A stretch of DNA of 59,508 nucleotides, filler included, from Thelocarpon superellum (Eukaryota), in assembly GCA_026025795.1 (NCBI GenBank). It is 2 parts of 2 records of this genome, joined end to end, with 100 filler letters (N's around TTAATTAATTAA, not from the genome) between each part and the next. Parts side by side here need not be neighbours in the genome. Positions count along the whole stretch, not along the records: positions 1 to 29,752 come from JAPEUG010000213.1; 1 more part is not named here. One strand, 5' to 3'. Position numbers and translations under genes: made by a program. Below are positions 11,041-23,144 of this stretch, in pieces. The stretch's first letter is position 1; each line of letters opens with the position of its first letter. The notes below the pieces were generated by a model. It made no database searches. It had not been told where the DNA came from and worked only from the letters and a program-made list of their open reading frames with translations.

Positions 11041-14000
11041 ATGACACAACTTTCCTCCTCCGTCGCCTTGACCACCCACACGGCGCCGTCGCTGCACCCG
11101 GCCGAGTCCGTGCCCGCCACGCCACCTGTCACCAACGGCACGCTATCGTCGAACGACGTACCCGCCGACGATGAGCCGTACACAATCAAGTGCATATGCG
11201 GCTTCCAGGACGACGATGGCAACACCGTCTTCTGCGAAAAGTGCGAGACGTGGCAACATATCGAGTGCTACTACCACGGCAAGAAGGTGCCCGACGTGCA
11301 CAAATGCGTCGACTGCGGACCTCGATCGCTCGACGCCAAACGCGCCAACGAACGACAGCGCCGTCGTCGTGAGCAGCAGGACCTGGGCGAGCGCGAGCGC
11401 AAGCCCAAGCGGCCACTAGTCCCCAAGAGCCACAAGAAGAAGCCACGAGACGCGACCGCGCCCACGTCCACTGGCCTGGTGAATGGTAGGTCGCCTTCAG
11501 ATAAACACGAGCCGAGTGGCAGCGCGGAAAGCGGAGGCAGTCCGCGCGATCAACCGCCGCCGGCCAAACGACCCAAGACCAGCCATCGACCCTCGAGTTC
11601 CATCAGCTCCCAGGTCGACACCAAGGCCTCGTCCCTCACCTCTTCCGATTCTCATCGCCGGTCACGATCTCAGCCTCAGACGGCGAAAAGCCCCAAGTTC
11701 TCGTCGGTCGCGCCCGAGGGCGTGCCAATTGCCGATCAGGACACCCTTTACAGCGAGGAATTCATGCGCCTCCACCCCGAGGACCCGGGCGATTCTCCGC
11801 TCCAGGCCAACCTACTCAGCAACATCAACTTCACCAGTACCTTTTCGTCGTGGATTCAAGATCCCGACGCTTTGCGTCAGGCCACGAATGGCAAAGTCCC
11901 GGGCGAAGTCTTCCAACGGATCGATCGGCCCTTTGACGAATTACAAGTGCCCCAAATCATAAAGCGAACCAAGGACGACAAAACGATTCAGTGTCACGGA
12001 CGGACTCCCGTGTGGCAGTACTTGACCGTTGAGTCGCTGGTACCGTCGGGTGGCCTCGTGGGAGAACTCAAGGGTGAAATCGGGCACCTGCAGGACTACT
12101 GGCACGATTCGGCCAACCGGTCGTCGCTCCGACACCCCGAGCCCTTTGTCTTCTTCCACCCACAACTGCCCATTTACATCGACACGCGTCGCGAAGGGAC
12201 CCGGTGTCGATACGTTCGGCGCAGTTGTCGACCCAATGTCATGATGCGTACCCTCATCTCCGATGGCGCCGACTATCACTTCTGTCTCTGCGCGAGAGAG
12301 GATCTCAGCCCGGGCACCGAGCTCACCGTGGAGTGGGATCCCGAGCCCGAGATCCTGGCCCTGCTCAACCGTGGCCTTCACGACGGCCACTCGGCCGAGA
12401 TCAAGGGCGAGCCACTCTCGCGTGGCGAACACGATTACCTGTCGTCGTGGGTGCAACGGATCTTGGCGAACTTCGGCGGCTGTGCGTGTGAGAGTCCCCG
12501 AGACTGCGTCCTCGCGCCCTTCGATCGCCGACGGACTGGAGGCAGCGAGGCAACGTCAAAGTCGGTCAACGGGATACGATCCAAGAAGACCAAGCGTGGA
12601 AAGCAGCAGGTGTCCCCGCTAAGCACCGGGCAGGCCACGAACAGCCGCGCGGGCAGCGAAGGTGGGCCACGCGATGTCGAGCACGAACACGACGACAGCC
12701 GATCGACTTCAGGCTCGATTCGTAGCCGTCCTCGAAGCCGTGACATGACGCCGCTGACGCACTTCTCGAGCGACATGCCAGCATCGACGGGGCCCGAAAT
12801 GTCCGACCGAGAGAAGCGGAAGATCGCGGCGCTGGAACGGACGTTCGAACAACTGGAGCAGGACAATTCACTTCTGACGCAGAAGAAGAAGCGAAGACCC
12901 GGCAGTGGTTCGAACGTGAATGTGGTCTCCACTCCCAATGGGCCAGTTGCCAACACTTCACAACCCTCAACGCCAGATCTAGCGGGTCGCACCGACTTTT
13001 CCGACGACCAAGGCCATCGGGGTCCTTCGCACTCGCCCCCCTCGAATCATCCCATCGCTTCCGCACCGTCCGGACATACTTCGTTATCGCGACCACCGCC
13101 AAGCACGCACGGGGCCAAGATGACAAAACCGCCGAGCAATTACACCGACGCTTCGATGCAGACCGACGGCAACGGTGGCAGTAGCTCATTACCGGGGCCT
13201 AGCCCTAAGTCGGGACGTCACGCCTTCATTCCCTTGACCAAACGGCTCCTCATGCGATGTCACGACGACAAGGTACGGCTGGCGGAAGAGCGACAGCGCA
13301 AGGCGGATGCGGTGGATGACGGCATACCGGAGAATCAATCGAACACCGGTACCGCCATGACCCCACCCGGGTCGACAGAGAAGGGAACGGCGGCATCGCG
13401 ACGCCAGTCCATCGCTGTGGACCCTACACCGTCTGGAGCGAGCCAGCCGCCGGAGGAGAAGTCGGTGCCCGCTATCCAACCGATCGATCCGAACGTTCAA
13501 AAGCCCGGACGCGCCGACGGGGCGTCGAGCGCCGGTGAATTGGCCCTGCACGACACCTCAGCAGACGCGATCAAGCCTCCTCCGGCCCCATCTCGTGGCC
13601 CCAGTACGTCGGATGCACACGGCCATGCGAATGGCCATCGTCCCACGGATCTTCACGTGCAGCTCCCAGCCACACCGGTGTTCAGCCATCACCCGAACGG
13701 TACCTCGACCCCATCCGCCGCGCTCACACCTACCTCCATGACTGGATCGATGGCACAGTCCCCGATGGGGCTACATCAGCTGTCGACGTCGTTCGGCCCC
13801 TCGGTGGTGCAAGCCGTGCAGCCCAGCCCCATCAAGAAGAAGTTGAGTCTGAGCGACTACAGCCGACGGAAGAAGGCTGAGACTCCCTTGACTACGCCCG
13901 GCGAGAACTTCACGGCAGGCACCAGTCCAAACATGTCGCACGCCGTGCTCCGTCAGTCGTCGTCCATCGCCGACCCGGCAGGGGAGAAACCGGGCGCGTC

Positions 14001-14112
14001 GGCGACCACCACCATCCTCGAGGAGTCGACTGTTCTGGAATCGCCGGCTGTCAAGAATGAAGGCGAGTCAGTTTTCATGGTCTCAACCAAGGAGATTCCG
14101 AAAGCTATCTGA
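11041..14112 (+). CDS. SET3: PHD-finger plus SET-domain protein, Set3/Set4 family
   Basis: Intronless 1023-aa ORF. PHD finger IKCICGFQDDDGNTVFCEKCETWQHIECY...HKCVDC; SET domain with the Set3-type IDTRREGTRCRYVRRSCRPN; later SDREKRKI and KKKLSLSDY motifs. Confidence 0.9.
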   Translation: MTQLSSSVALTTHTAPSLHPAESVPATPPVTNGTLSSNDVPADDEPYTIKCICGFQDDDGNTVFCEKCETWQHIECYYHGKKVPDVHKCVDCGPRSLDAKRANERQRRRREQQDLGERERKPKRPLVPKSHKKKPRDATAPTSTGLVNGRSPSDKHEPSGSAESGGSPRDQPPPAKRPKTSHRPSSSISSQVDTKASSLTSSDSHRRSRSQPQTAKSPKFSSVAPEGVPIADQDTLYSEEFMRLHPEDPGDSPLQANLLSNINFTSTFSSWIQDPDALRQATNGKVPGEVFQRIDRPFDELQVPQIIKRTKDDKTIQCHGRTPVWQYLTVESLVPSGGLVGELKGEIGHLQDYWHDSANRSSLRHPEPFVFFHPQLPIYIDTRREGTRCRYVRRSCRPNVMMRTLISDGADYHFCLCAREDLSPGTELTVEWDPEPEILALLNRGLHDGHSAEIKGEPLSRGEHDYLSSWVQRILANFGGCACESPRDCVLAPFDRRRTGGSEATSKSVNGIRSKKTKRGKQQVSPLSTGQATNSRAGSEGGPRDVEHEHDDSRSTSGSIRSRPRSRDMTPLTHFSSDMPASTGPEMSDREKRKIAALERTFEQLEQDNSLLTQKKKRRPGSGSNVNVVSTPNGPVANTSQPSTPDLAGRTDFSDDQGHRGPSHSPPSNHPIASAPSGHTSLSRPPPSTHGAKMTKPPSNYTDASMQTDGNGGSSSLPGPSPKSGRHAFIPLTKRLLMRCHDDKVRLAEERQRKADAVDDGIPENQSNTGTAMTPPGSTEKGTAASRRQSIAVDPTPSGASQPPEEKSVPAIQPIDPNVQKPGRADGASSAGELALHDTSADAIKPPPAPSRGPSTSDAHGHANGHRPTDLHVQLPATPVFSHHPNGTSTPSAALTPTSMTGSMAQSPMGLHQLSTSFGPSVVQAVQPSPIKKKLSLSDYSRRKKAETPLTTPGENFTAGTSPNMSHAVLRQSSSIADPAGEKPGASATTTILEESTVLESPAVKNEGESVFMVSTKEIPKAI

Positions 14113-14432
14113 ATCACCTCTTCTCACTCTCGCCTCTCGCTGTCTATCTCTGCTTGACTGTCCGCTCGATTCTTTCCCACCGGACGACTCGACCAACACT
14201 TGTACCATAGCTGTGACGTGACGGGATGTGCAGCCGCGGGAAGAGGATTTGATGTCCGTCGTTGATTGTCCGTGATCTTGTCATGTCTGAGGCATGCGAT
14301 GGGAGGAAGGCATTGATTGATTACTCGATTGGTTGAGGGGAGTTGGTTGGTCATCTCGTCATGTCACCTTATCCGTCTCGTCCATGGGTCAACGGGTCCG
14401 TCAGCGCTTCCGCGGTTCCACGGTTCAACGGT

Positions 14433-14456
14433 TCGGTCGGTCGGTCGGTCGGTCGG
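14433..14456. repeat. (TCGG)6 microsatellite, preceded by CGGTTCNN 8-mer units
   Basis: Read directly: cggttcca cggttcaa cggt tcggtcggtcggtcggtcggtcgg. Confidence 0.9.
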
Positions 14457-15267
14457 AGTTTACGGTGTCCGGATTCCCCAAGTCTGCGGTAAAGCGGAAG
14501 CGAGCAGTGGAGCGAGTGAGTCCGTGTGGATGAAGAGGAGTGAAACACTGTGCGAAAGCGTATAGTATAGCGTCATGCAAGCAATGCCCATGCCCAGGCT
14601 TACTTCCACTTCCACACTCAGACGATGCTCGTAATGGTCTAACGGTCCCCTCCACGTCAAACAGTACCTATGTCAACCATCGGACGCCATGTCTATACTC
14701 TACTACGTACGCAGCTCATGCTAGGATCGTGGCATCTTTGGGCGAGCGAGCTGCATATGCGAATGTGTGAATTGTGAAAGTCGCTTCTTTTCTTCATCTT
14801 CTTCGGAGGGTGATCCTGGCAGAGTTGTTTTGTAGTAGATGCCGGGTCTACCCTACCTACACTACCTAGCCTTCCTACCCTGTTCCGCTCCGCTCAGCTG
14901 CGGCCTCGTGTACGTGCGTACGTGTGTGTACTCGACGTACTGTGCGGATGTCCTCCACCCTCTTCTTTCTCTTGCCTCACCCTTCCGTCTTTTTTCTTTC
15001 TCACCATCTCGCTCTTGCTCTTCCCCGTTCCTGCCGAGCGAAGTGATGACAAGAAGATGGGAAAGAGGAAGGGGAAGAAGCAAAATGGGAAACGCTCGAG
15101 TTATGGTCAATTCAACGCTTTCCACCCGCTTTACCCATTCCTTCGTTCTCTTCACCTTTCGTCCTCCCATCCCTCCAGATGTCATCCTTGTCATCAGTCT
15201 CGTCCTCGTCACTACACACCATCGCAGACCTCACGATCCGATAGCATCTGAAGAATGAACGAACGAC

Positions 15268-18200
15268 TCACCCGCTAAAACGAAAGCGGGTCGCCTCTAG
15301 TCGGCCCAGGCCGTCGCGAGGAGCGACATTGCGTCGTCGATAGGACGTTGTGAAGTCTTGTAGCAGGTAGCGCACTTTGCGGATCTCTCCAGCCTGGAGT
15401 CGTCTGGAATTCATCTCGTCAATACGTGTGTGTGTATATGGGTAGTGTTGAGATTGTACAGGGGAAGAAAGCGGACGAGACGAATCACGTACTGATTCAT
15501 TTGACTTATCAGGCGCTCGAGCTCGGCTTGGGTGACGGTGCCGACAGGAAGCATCTGGATGGTTTGAGCGATCCAGGCGCTGATTTGATCGGTAGGGAGA
15601 ATCTCAATCAGGCCCAGCAAGACGCCGCTGGCGTCTGGAAAGCAGTCGCGAGGGAAACTGAACATCATGCCGGTCAAGATGCGCTGGATCAGCGTCTCGC
15701 CTTGGGCTAACATCAGCTTCCGCACGGCCTCTTGTACCTCGGCAGGCACCACGGGAATGTGTTTCTGTTCTTCGAAGTTAGAGTTTGGGGGGTTGGCGCT
15801 GCCGTAGCCCAGTACGTCCCGAACATAGTGCAATGTAGCCGTCAATGGCTCCGTTTGTTGCAGCGTGAGCGCCGTGAGCGCTGCGGAAAAGATGGGCGCG
15901 AAGAGTACTGACGGCACCAGCTTGACGGGGTAGTACAGGAGCGCGTCGATCAGGAGGCGGAAGAAATCTTCAATCACTGTAGTCTGTTAGTGGAGGAATG
16001 GGAAGCAGGGGGAGCACTTACCGTCTGGAAGATCCTCGGGCGGCACGTCATTGAGTGCCCGGAGCATCGAGACAGCCTGTTGCTCGAAGAACTCGTAGAT
16101 GGCGTTGGACGTATTCTCATCCACGTAATCGGCCCCTTCTGAGAACTCACGTACAATGGCATCGGTGGTCCACAGGAAGCATCCTTGCTTGGACGAGGCA
16201 AAGCAGGCGGCAAGCTTGTTGGCCAGGGCCGGCAAGAGAGGCGACATGGCGGTGCGGTAGGAGAAGATCATGCTGCGCCAACACCGGCATATGCGTTCGC
16301 AGATGGGAGGGAAATCAAGGAAGTTATCGACGATGGTGGAGAGCACGGGGAAAATCTCTTGGCAGTATTTGACCGCTGGATTCTCCTGCGATGGCTCCAC
16401 GTACGGTGCGACGATCTGCACGAAGATGGTGATAAGCTGGAGATGATCTGTGGCACGTCAGTAACTTATCTCCCCCAATGCAGCGAGAGGACGGACCAGC
16501 GACGTCTAGTTTCCCATTCGGATCCTGTGCCTGATTCGCTTTCGCCATGAGTCGCTTGATCAAGGGATCGCAGTACAGCTTCATCATGGCGTAGACCTTG
16601 TCGAGCGGCTGAATAGAGACGACATAAGCCACCCCCTCCGTTACCTCTTCCTGGCTGGCCATGGGAAGCCCGTCTAAGACGGACTCGTAGAACTGCTGCA
16701 GCGGCGTCCCGTGCTCTCGGAGCTGGAGACGACAGTCGTGACAGAAGTACTTGAAAGCCAGGGCCGCGGCGCGGACAACCTCTTTCGACTCGTGGCCAAA
16801 GCCGGCGATGATGAAATTCAGCTGGCTCTCCAGGAACTCTGGATGCTCCGAAGTCCACTCCGTGTACCGACCCAGGGCCATGATGGCCGCAAACCGCACC
16901 TTTTCATGCCTAGGCACACGCACGAGCAGGGGCATGATCCGTGGGAGCATGACACTCTCTTCTTTGTCCACCATCAGCCCCATGGCCCGCATACTGAAGA
17001 GTGGCGCTTCCAGCTCTTGCCAGTGAGGCACGTCGGTGTCGGTGGCTTGTGCGCCGTATCGATTCACCCACTGCTGGATCAGCTCCAACGACTTTCCCAG
17101 ACAGGCGGGCACGCCGAGGATCTCGCAGCAGTATTTGAGCACATCCCCCATGGCATGACGAAACTCGCGAAATTTTTCCTCCTGCTCCCGGTCGCCGTCG
17201 AAGAGATCGCTCTCGTCGCCGTCTTCGGGTACGGGGAACTCGAGATGCTTGATCATGATGTCGACCAGCTTGGCAAACTCGGGCGCGAACAGAGCGCGAG
17301 CCTCGATGTATTTCTCGAGCACCAGGTACAGCTTCATCTCGTTCCAGAAGTTAAACGTCAGCGCGACGGCGTCTCGGTCTCGGTCTCGGGCAGCACATTC
17401 TAGTACCGCCTCGACCAGTCCTTGAAACTGCTGGGGCATGCGGGCGATGAGTACGACCCAGGCCTCGCCGGCCTCGGCAAAGAGGCGGGTGATGCCTTTG
17501 TACGTGTCGAGATCTTCCGTCTTGGCCGCCTGGCCAATCTTGGAACGTAGGGCGACGATGCGCGGATATAGCGTTCGGATGGTGCTCTGATACTCGTCCA
17601 CCTCACGCGTCTCCTGGAAGATGGCGCAGAGACAATCGACGGCAGCGTCAAAGGAGCTTTCCTCCGATAGGGAGTTGATGATGATGTCCAGCAGAGGTGA
17701 GTCAACGACGCTGGCAATGGGAACCTCCTTAAGCCACGACGTCATGCACGCCAGCAGCTGGCCTCGATTTGATACCGACGCTGTCGAGCCACCATCAGCG
17801 ACAGCCGTCACCCCGCGGGAAAAAAGGCCTACCTGATGAGAGGGCATATTGGGTCAGAAGCTGGAGCACCTGCGGCGCGTTATCTTCTAACAGTTCCTTG
17901 CTTCTCGTCCGCAGCTCCTCTTCCTACAACACCCAGTCAGCTTTGTCTCCGCTCGTGTAAATAATTCATCTCTTGTCCCACGTACGGTCAAGTTGATCTT
18001 TCGTCCCTCCGTCACCTCCTCCGGCAGAACGCGCAGGAAATCTAGTACGCACGGACCACTCTCCGCATCGCTGCCCAAGGTATGAACGACGACTCCTAAG
18101 ACGTCCTTCCACTCGAGCATCTGCATGGCGAGGATGGCGAGACACACACAGAGTTGGGTGCGGATGGGGCGAGGCCCGGCGCGATAGGTGCTCAGCAGTG

Positions 18201-18608
18201 AAAGCAGCGAGTCGCGGAGTGCCCCGAGCGATTGGCGTGGGAGTTGCGCAACATCATAATTGATCTTGCGGCATCAGGAAGGCTGCTGGCTAGTTCGCCG
18301 GGAGTTCGATGGCTCACCTTGCCCTTGAGCGTGGTTGCGGCGAAGAGCTTCCCTTCAGGTCCGACGTCGTCGGACTGTAGGATGGCATGTGTTGTCGTCC
18401 AAGCTTCCGGCTGTGTAGAGGGCCGTGTCAGTCCACGACCACACCCCGATCTGTAGATGGGAATCGCCGGACGTACCGACTTCTGAAACTTCTCGAGGTA
18501 CTCATGGGCCTGGGTCTTTTGCGTACGATCACCATTGCTCGACATGGTGGCGAGAGCTGCCAGCACCGGCGCATAAGGGGCCTGCGCGGCAGCTCCGCTC
18601 GAGGCCAT
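15268..18608 (-). CDS. MTR10: Importin-beta family nuclear import receptor Mtr10/transportin-SR
   Basis: AHEYLEKFQKS|PEAW, KLFAATTLKGK, LDFLRVLPEEVTEGRKINL, EEKFREFRHAMGDVLK, PHWQELEAPLFSMRAMG, ALGRYTEWT; C-terminus QDFTTSYRRRNVAPRDGLGRLEATRFRFSG*; seven introns reconstructed. Confidence 0.95.
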
Positions 18609-19144
18609 GGTGGCGGAGATCGATGGCGGCCAACCTCAGGTCCGACCCAGCAGGATCATGAAGCGTAGAGAGAGATGGGAGGGTGGCTCATGAATCGGGT
18701 TCCAGCGAGGCCGTGGGATGTAAGACGCAGCGTGTCACTAGTGGCGGGACGTATGTGGAGGAGAAATTGGAACGAATTGTAGCTGAGCCGTAAGCTCCAG
18801 ATCAGACTTGAGTCGGGAGCAAAAGATCGTTGGGTTTACCGTGGCTGGTGTTGCGGCCTGTCGCTGTCGCCGTCGCCGGGGACATGTGGTGGTATGGTGG
18901 GGCTCTCAGATAGGCGGAAGGCGGAGCTGCATCGTTCGCCGTAGTAAGTGCCATAGTCAAGAAGTCGCGCACCGTACAGCACCGCAGCCGACGGGAAGCG
19001 CACAATATCTCCTTGCAAGCGTTGGCCGCGAAACTGTGCATTGTCTTACCAGCATCTGTGTTTGCACTTCGCAACAACTAGGCCCCGCGTGTCAGCCAGG
19101 CCTAGATCCTGATTGTCTTAACCTCAGATTCCTCAGAACTCATC

Positions 19145-19570
19145 ATGGCGGGTCGTGGTGGCGGTGGAGGCGGTCGTCGGGTTCTTCTCCCGCCAATCAA
19201 CTTCATCTTCAATCTTCTTCAGAAACACTCTACCATTCAGATTTGGCTTTACGAGCAGCTGAGCATCCGGATCGAAGGCAAGCTACGGGTACGTCTTATA
19301 TCCCACGGCCTCCTCATCACACGCGGGCTCATGGGATTCAGGGATTTGACGAGTTCATGAACCTGGTCATCGATGATGCGGTAGAGGTCAAGCAAGCGAC
19401 CAAGACCGAAGAAGAGAGTCGGAGACCACTCGGTGAGCCCCGAACCTAGACTCGCCCAGCTTTACCCAGCTCAGGCTGCGTCCCCATGCACAGGTGCTAA
19501 CGGTTTGTGGGCAGGCCAAATCTTGTTAAAAGGAGATAATGTATCGCTCATCCAGAGCTTACAAGGTTGA
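19145..19570 (+). CDS. SME1: Small nuclear ribonucleoprotein Sm E
   Basis: RRVLLPPINFIF...IWLYEQLSIRIEGKLR|GFDEFMNLVIDDAVEV...RRPL|GQILLKGDNVSLIQSLQG*; Sm1 and Sm2 motifs; two introns. Confidence 0.97.
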
Positions 19571-19592
19571 AGACATCCAATGAAGCGTTTGG

Positions 19593-20456
19593 TCATGCTG
19601 TGGCGTTATGGGATGGCGGAAATAGATCTGCAGGAGACGAAGGTCTGCGTAAAACTCGACCGTCACCTACCAACAGCGCATCCAAAGGCCAGTCGGTGTC
19701 ATTGATCGGGACGAGGTCACCGTCTGGGAGGACTTGCTCGTCAAGAGCCAGACCCACTACCGCGCCCAGACTGCTCAGCTACAAGGCTTCTTCTCAAAAT
19801 TGTGCAGTCACGTACCTAGGAGAGGCATCAATGGAGCGTCATCTTTACCGGCATCAAGAGCGTTGCGATAACGCTGCAGGAAGGCATCGTAGTAACCCTT
19901 CCCATGTCCCAGCCGCGAGAGCGCCGTGTCAAAAGCCATTCCCGGCATGACAATCACGTCCAGCCCCGGCTGTGTGCCATCGTTCAAGCCGTGGAGACAA
20001 TCTAGTCGTCCGGCCACGGATGCTGGAGGCAAAGACGGAATCCCCAATCGATCGGGCTGCAAAGATTGATAGTCTCCAAGAGAATGCAACGAGACCATGT
20101 CCATGATTGCTGTGCTACTTCCGCGTGGCCCCGTGTACGTCCGCCGGAGGAATGGGACGTAGACGGCTTTGCTACTCTGGAGGGCGTCATGCACGATAGA
20201 CCCGGTGGAGATCTCGCCCGACGGCATCGACAGATAGACGCCGACTCTTCGAGCTGCCTGATACTCGGGTAGAGAAAACAAAGCCTTGAGCACGATCTGC
20301 GCTATATCCATCGGCTCAGCATCACGCCTTCGGTGTCGTCAACATCGTCCCGCGAGGTAGCATACTTTGTGCACGAATGGATTCGTGGGAGACGTTGGAC
20401 AGCGTCGTCTTGACGACTCGTCGAAGCTCCTGTTTGGCCGTGTTGAGGGCACCCAT
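19593..20456 (-). CDS. FAU1: 5-formyltetrahydrofolate cyclo-ligase (MTHFS)
   Basis: AKQELRR start, VGVYLSMPSGEIST, GLDVIVMPGMAFD...RLGHGKGYYD (ATP-binding motif), VGLALDEQ, DWPLDALLVGDG; two introns. Confidence 0.93.
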
Positions 20457-20760
20457 GATGGGAATGAGCACTCACTACTGTACCCGAATACGACAGTAGC
20501 TCCTCCCTCAAAATCGATGACTGCCCCATCCCACCGACGGCAAAGTCTCGTCCTCGTGGTGGTGTGCCCTTCGCACTTCGCCGGTCGGCATATCTGAATT
20601 TCAGCTGCAAATTGCGAACAATCTCAGACCGAAGATATCGTCTAACCTAGTATAGACTAGCTCATCACCGCCTCCTTGGCTGAATGGGCCAACTTGCCCT
20701 CCCATCACCACCGTCGGCTGCCAACTTCGTCGTTCGAAACCGTTTGTGCTGCCAGTTGAG

Positions 20761-21701
20761 ATGGCTCGATCAGTTCGCCCATGGCTCTTATCGGGCCTGC
20801 TGATCACGTCGGTCGCGTCGCAAGCCATCGACTCCCAGTTGACGGGAACATGGACGACCAAATCCCGCAGTGTCCTCACCGGCCCGGTACGCTTCTACGA
20901 TTAGCCGCGGGCGCTGGAGCGAGAGGTGGCGACTGATGACGAGACACAGGGCTTCTACGACCCGGTCAACGAGAAAATGTTTGAGCCGGCGTTGACAGGC
21001 ATCTCCTATTCCTTTACCGATGATGGCCATTTCGAGGAGGCATACTACCGGGCCATCTCTAACCGTATGCACCCTTCGCTTTACCAGGAGAGGAGGGGAG
21101 GAGTGGTGGACTGATGAGGCGTTGTAGCAACGGAGCCATCGTGTCCGCAGGGCATCATGCAATTCCAGCATGGGACTTTTACCAAAGCCAGTAATGGCTC
21201 CTTGGTGCTCACGCCCTTTGGCGTGGACGGACGGCAACTGTTGTCCGATCCTTGCACTTACTCCGATTCGCTCTATACTCGATACAACCAGTTTGAACTT
21301 TACGAGGTAAGCGGTATTCCTTACGCTCTGATGCTACGGGCCCTTGCTGATGTCTTCTGGTGCAGCGTTACGAAGTCCTTACCGATCCATATCATAACGT
21401 TCCCCGGTTAAACCTCTACAAGTTCGATGGGTCGCCTATGAATCCTATGTACCTCGCCTTCCGTCCACCACAGATGTTGCCGACGGTCACGATGAATCCG
21501 ACCGCCACGGCAACGGGTACCGGCAGTTCTGCCGCCACGAGCACAGGCAGCGGCAAGATCCGACGAGGGCTGGAAGAGCTAAAACTGCCAATGAATCACC
21601 AGGTCATGAGCAAGCGACGAACGCCGATCGATGCGGACAAGTGGTGGTGGGTGGGAGTGGGCATGACCGCGTTGGGTGGAATGTGCTATCTCTGTTTCTG
21701 A
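20761..21701 (+). CDS. ROT1: ER membrane chaperone Rot1
   Basis: Signal peptide, [22 protein letters not shown]...[53 protein letters not shown]-terminal [15 protein letters not shown]; three introns. Confidence 0.95.
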
Positions 21702-21782
21702 TCAACTTGCCACATTTGGGATGTGCGTTGGGCGTTTGTCAGGGACTTGTAGATTGCATGGAGTGTCTATTCATGGCAAGAT

Positions 21783-22339
21783 TCAGACGCGGCTCTTTCC
21801 ATCGTAATGCGTCAATTTCAACGCATTCAAGTCGACATCTCTGAACGTGCGGGCCTGTGTGTCTGGTCAATGTGAGCCCATCGTTGTCGGCCCTGCACTC
21901 ACATTTACGCCCAGCTTTCCGCCATATGTCGCGGAATCAATTGGTTCACCTAGGACACTAGTGCCGCAGGTGGGACAGAAGGAATGCTTGATGGTCTCCC
22001 GACCAAAGGTGTATACCTGGCGAAGCAGCCTGTCAGTCTGTCCACATGAAGTCATATTATGTCGATCTCACCTTGAGTTCGTCACGGCCTTTGTGGAAGG
22101 TGACATCGTCGCCGTCGGGATACACAAATAGGTAGCCATGGCAAGCGCAGATGGAGCCTTGAAGGACGCTCCGATGAGGATATGGACATGTCGGATCAAA
22201 GGGAAGACGCACAATTACAGCTCATCACCGCCTGTTCCTCCAGCGGAGGAGCAAGCTTCACGGTAAAATCCACGGCTCCGCAGTGACAGCCACCATTGTA
22301 GGTCTTGGACGTGGGAGGGGCGTCGGTCTTTTCAGACAT
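21783..22339 (-). CDS. GFA/CENP-V (Mss4-like) zinc protein
   Basis: Spliced: MSEKTDAPPTSKTYNGGCHCGAVDF...SCN|CSICACHG...|VYTFGRETIKHSFCPTCGTSV...GVN|ARTFRDVDLNALKLTHYDGKSRV*. The CHC / CNCSIC / FCPTCG pattern is diagnostic; three introns. Confidence 0.9.
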
Positions 22340-23144
22340 GTTAGAGGTAGAGGTACAAGAAAGTGGAGGATGAATGGATTGTCAGTTGCGTCAAGTCTTA
22401 TGCCTCAATTGCTCCGCTTGTCTGAAGAGAGATTCGTCCCTTCCCACACCTACGCCGGCATCCCTCGTCTTATCAGAGCTGCCCACATCCCCTTACCGAC
22501 CTACTTTGCTACCAATATCTAGCCGCATGGCTTCAGGATGTTTGCCCCTCTTGACTTGCGTAACCGCACGCAGCATAATCTTCCTTTTCTCTCTGACATG
22601 ACTCATATCTGCAGGGGAGCGGAAAATGGCGGTCAGTAAGATGCGTGGTCTGGAGCGGAAAGCGGCAAGGGTGGGTCATCTGACTACGCGTTACCCCCAC
22701 CCTTGATACCGCGTACCCACCGACGATCAACGCGACCGAAACTCAATTGAGAAGCAGCCCGCTCGGGGGCTCGTGGTGAGTTCCATCCAGCCGCACTTCC
22801 CATTCATTCTGGCTCTTGCTCCTGTGGTACTTTCCTAGACGAGGTCCCCCTGTTTGACCAGCTCATCAGCGCGTCAGCTGTTACTCACTCTTCTATCAGC
22901 TGGATGGGACCGGCGAAGCCACTCGCGTGACCACGGCCGCTCTATCTGCTTCGAATCTCGCCGTCCGTAGCGGAGTTCAGAGACAAGGCCACTTTCTCTC
23001 TCCAAGAGGCCATCAGCGGGTGCTCTCAACTTTTTCGTCCGTTCACATAAGTTGCTGCATGATGACCCAGTCTGCACCTCACTGCGTTGACCAAAGACTG
23101 AGTTCAGCCGTATAGTTCTCTCCTTTGTCCTGTCCAGTCCAATT

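Noticed and set aside
23059..23101. ATGATGA...CTGA pair resembling C/D snoRNA boxes
   Set aside because: Only about 43 nt, no terminal stem, and no rRNA-complementary guide that I can recognise.
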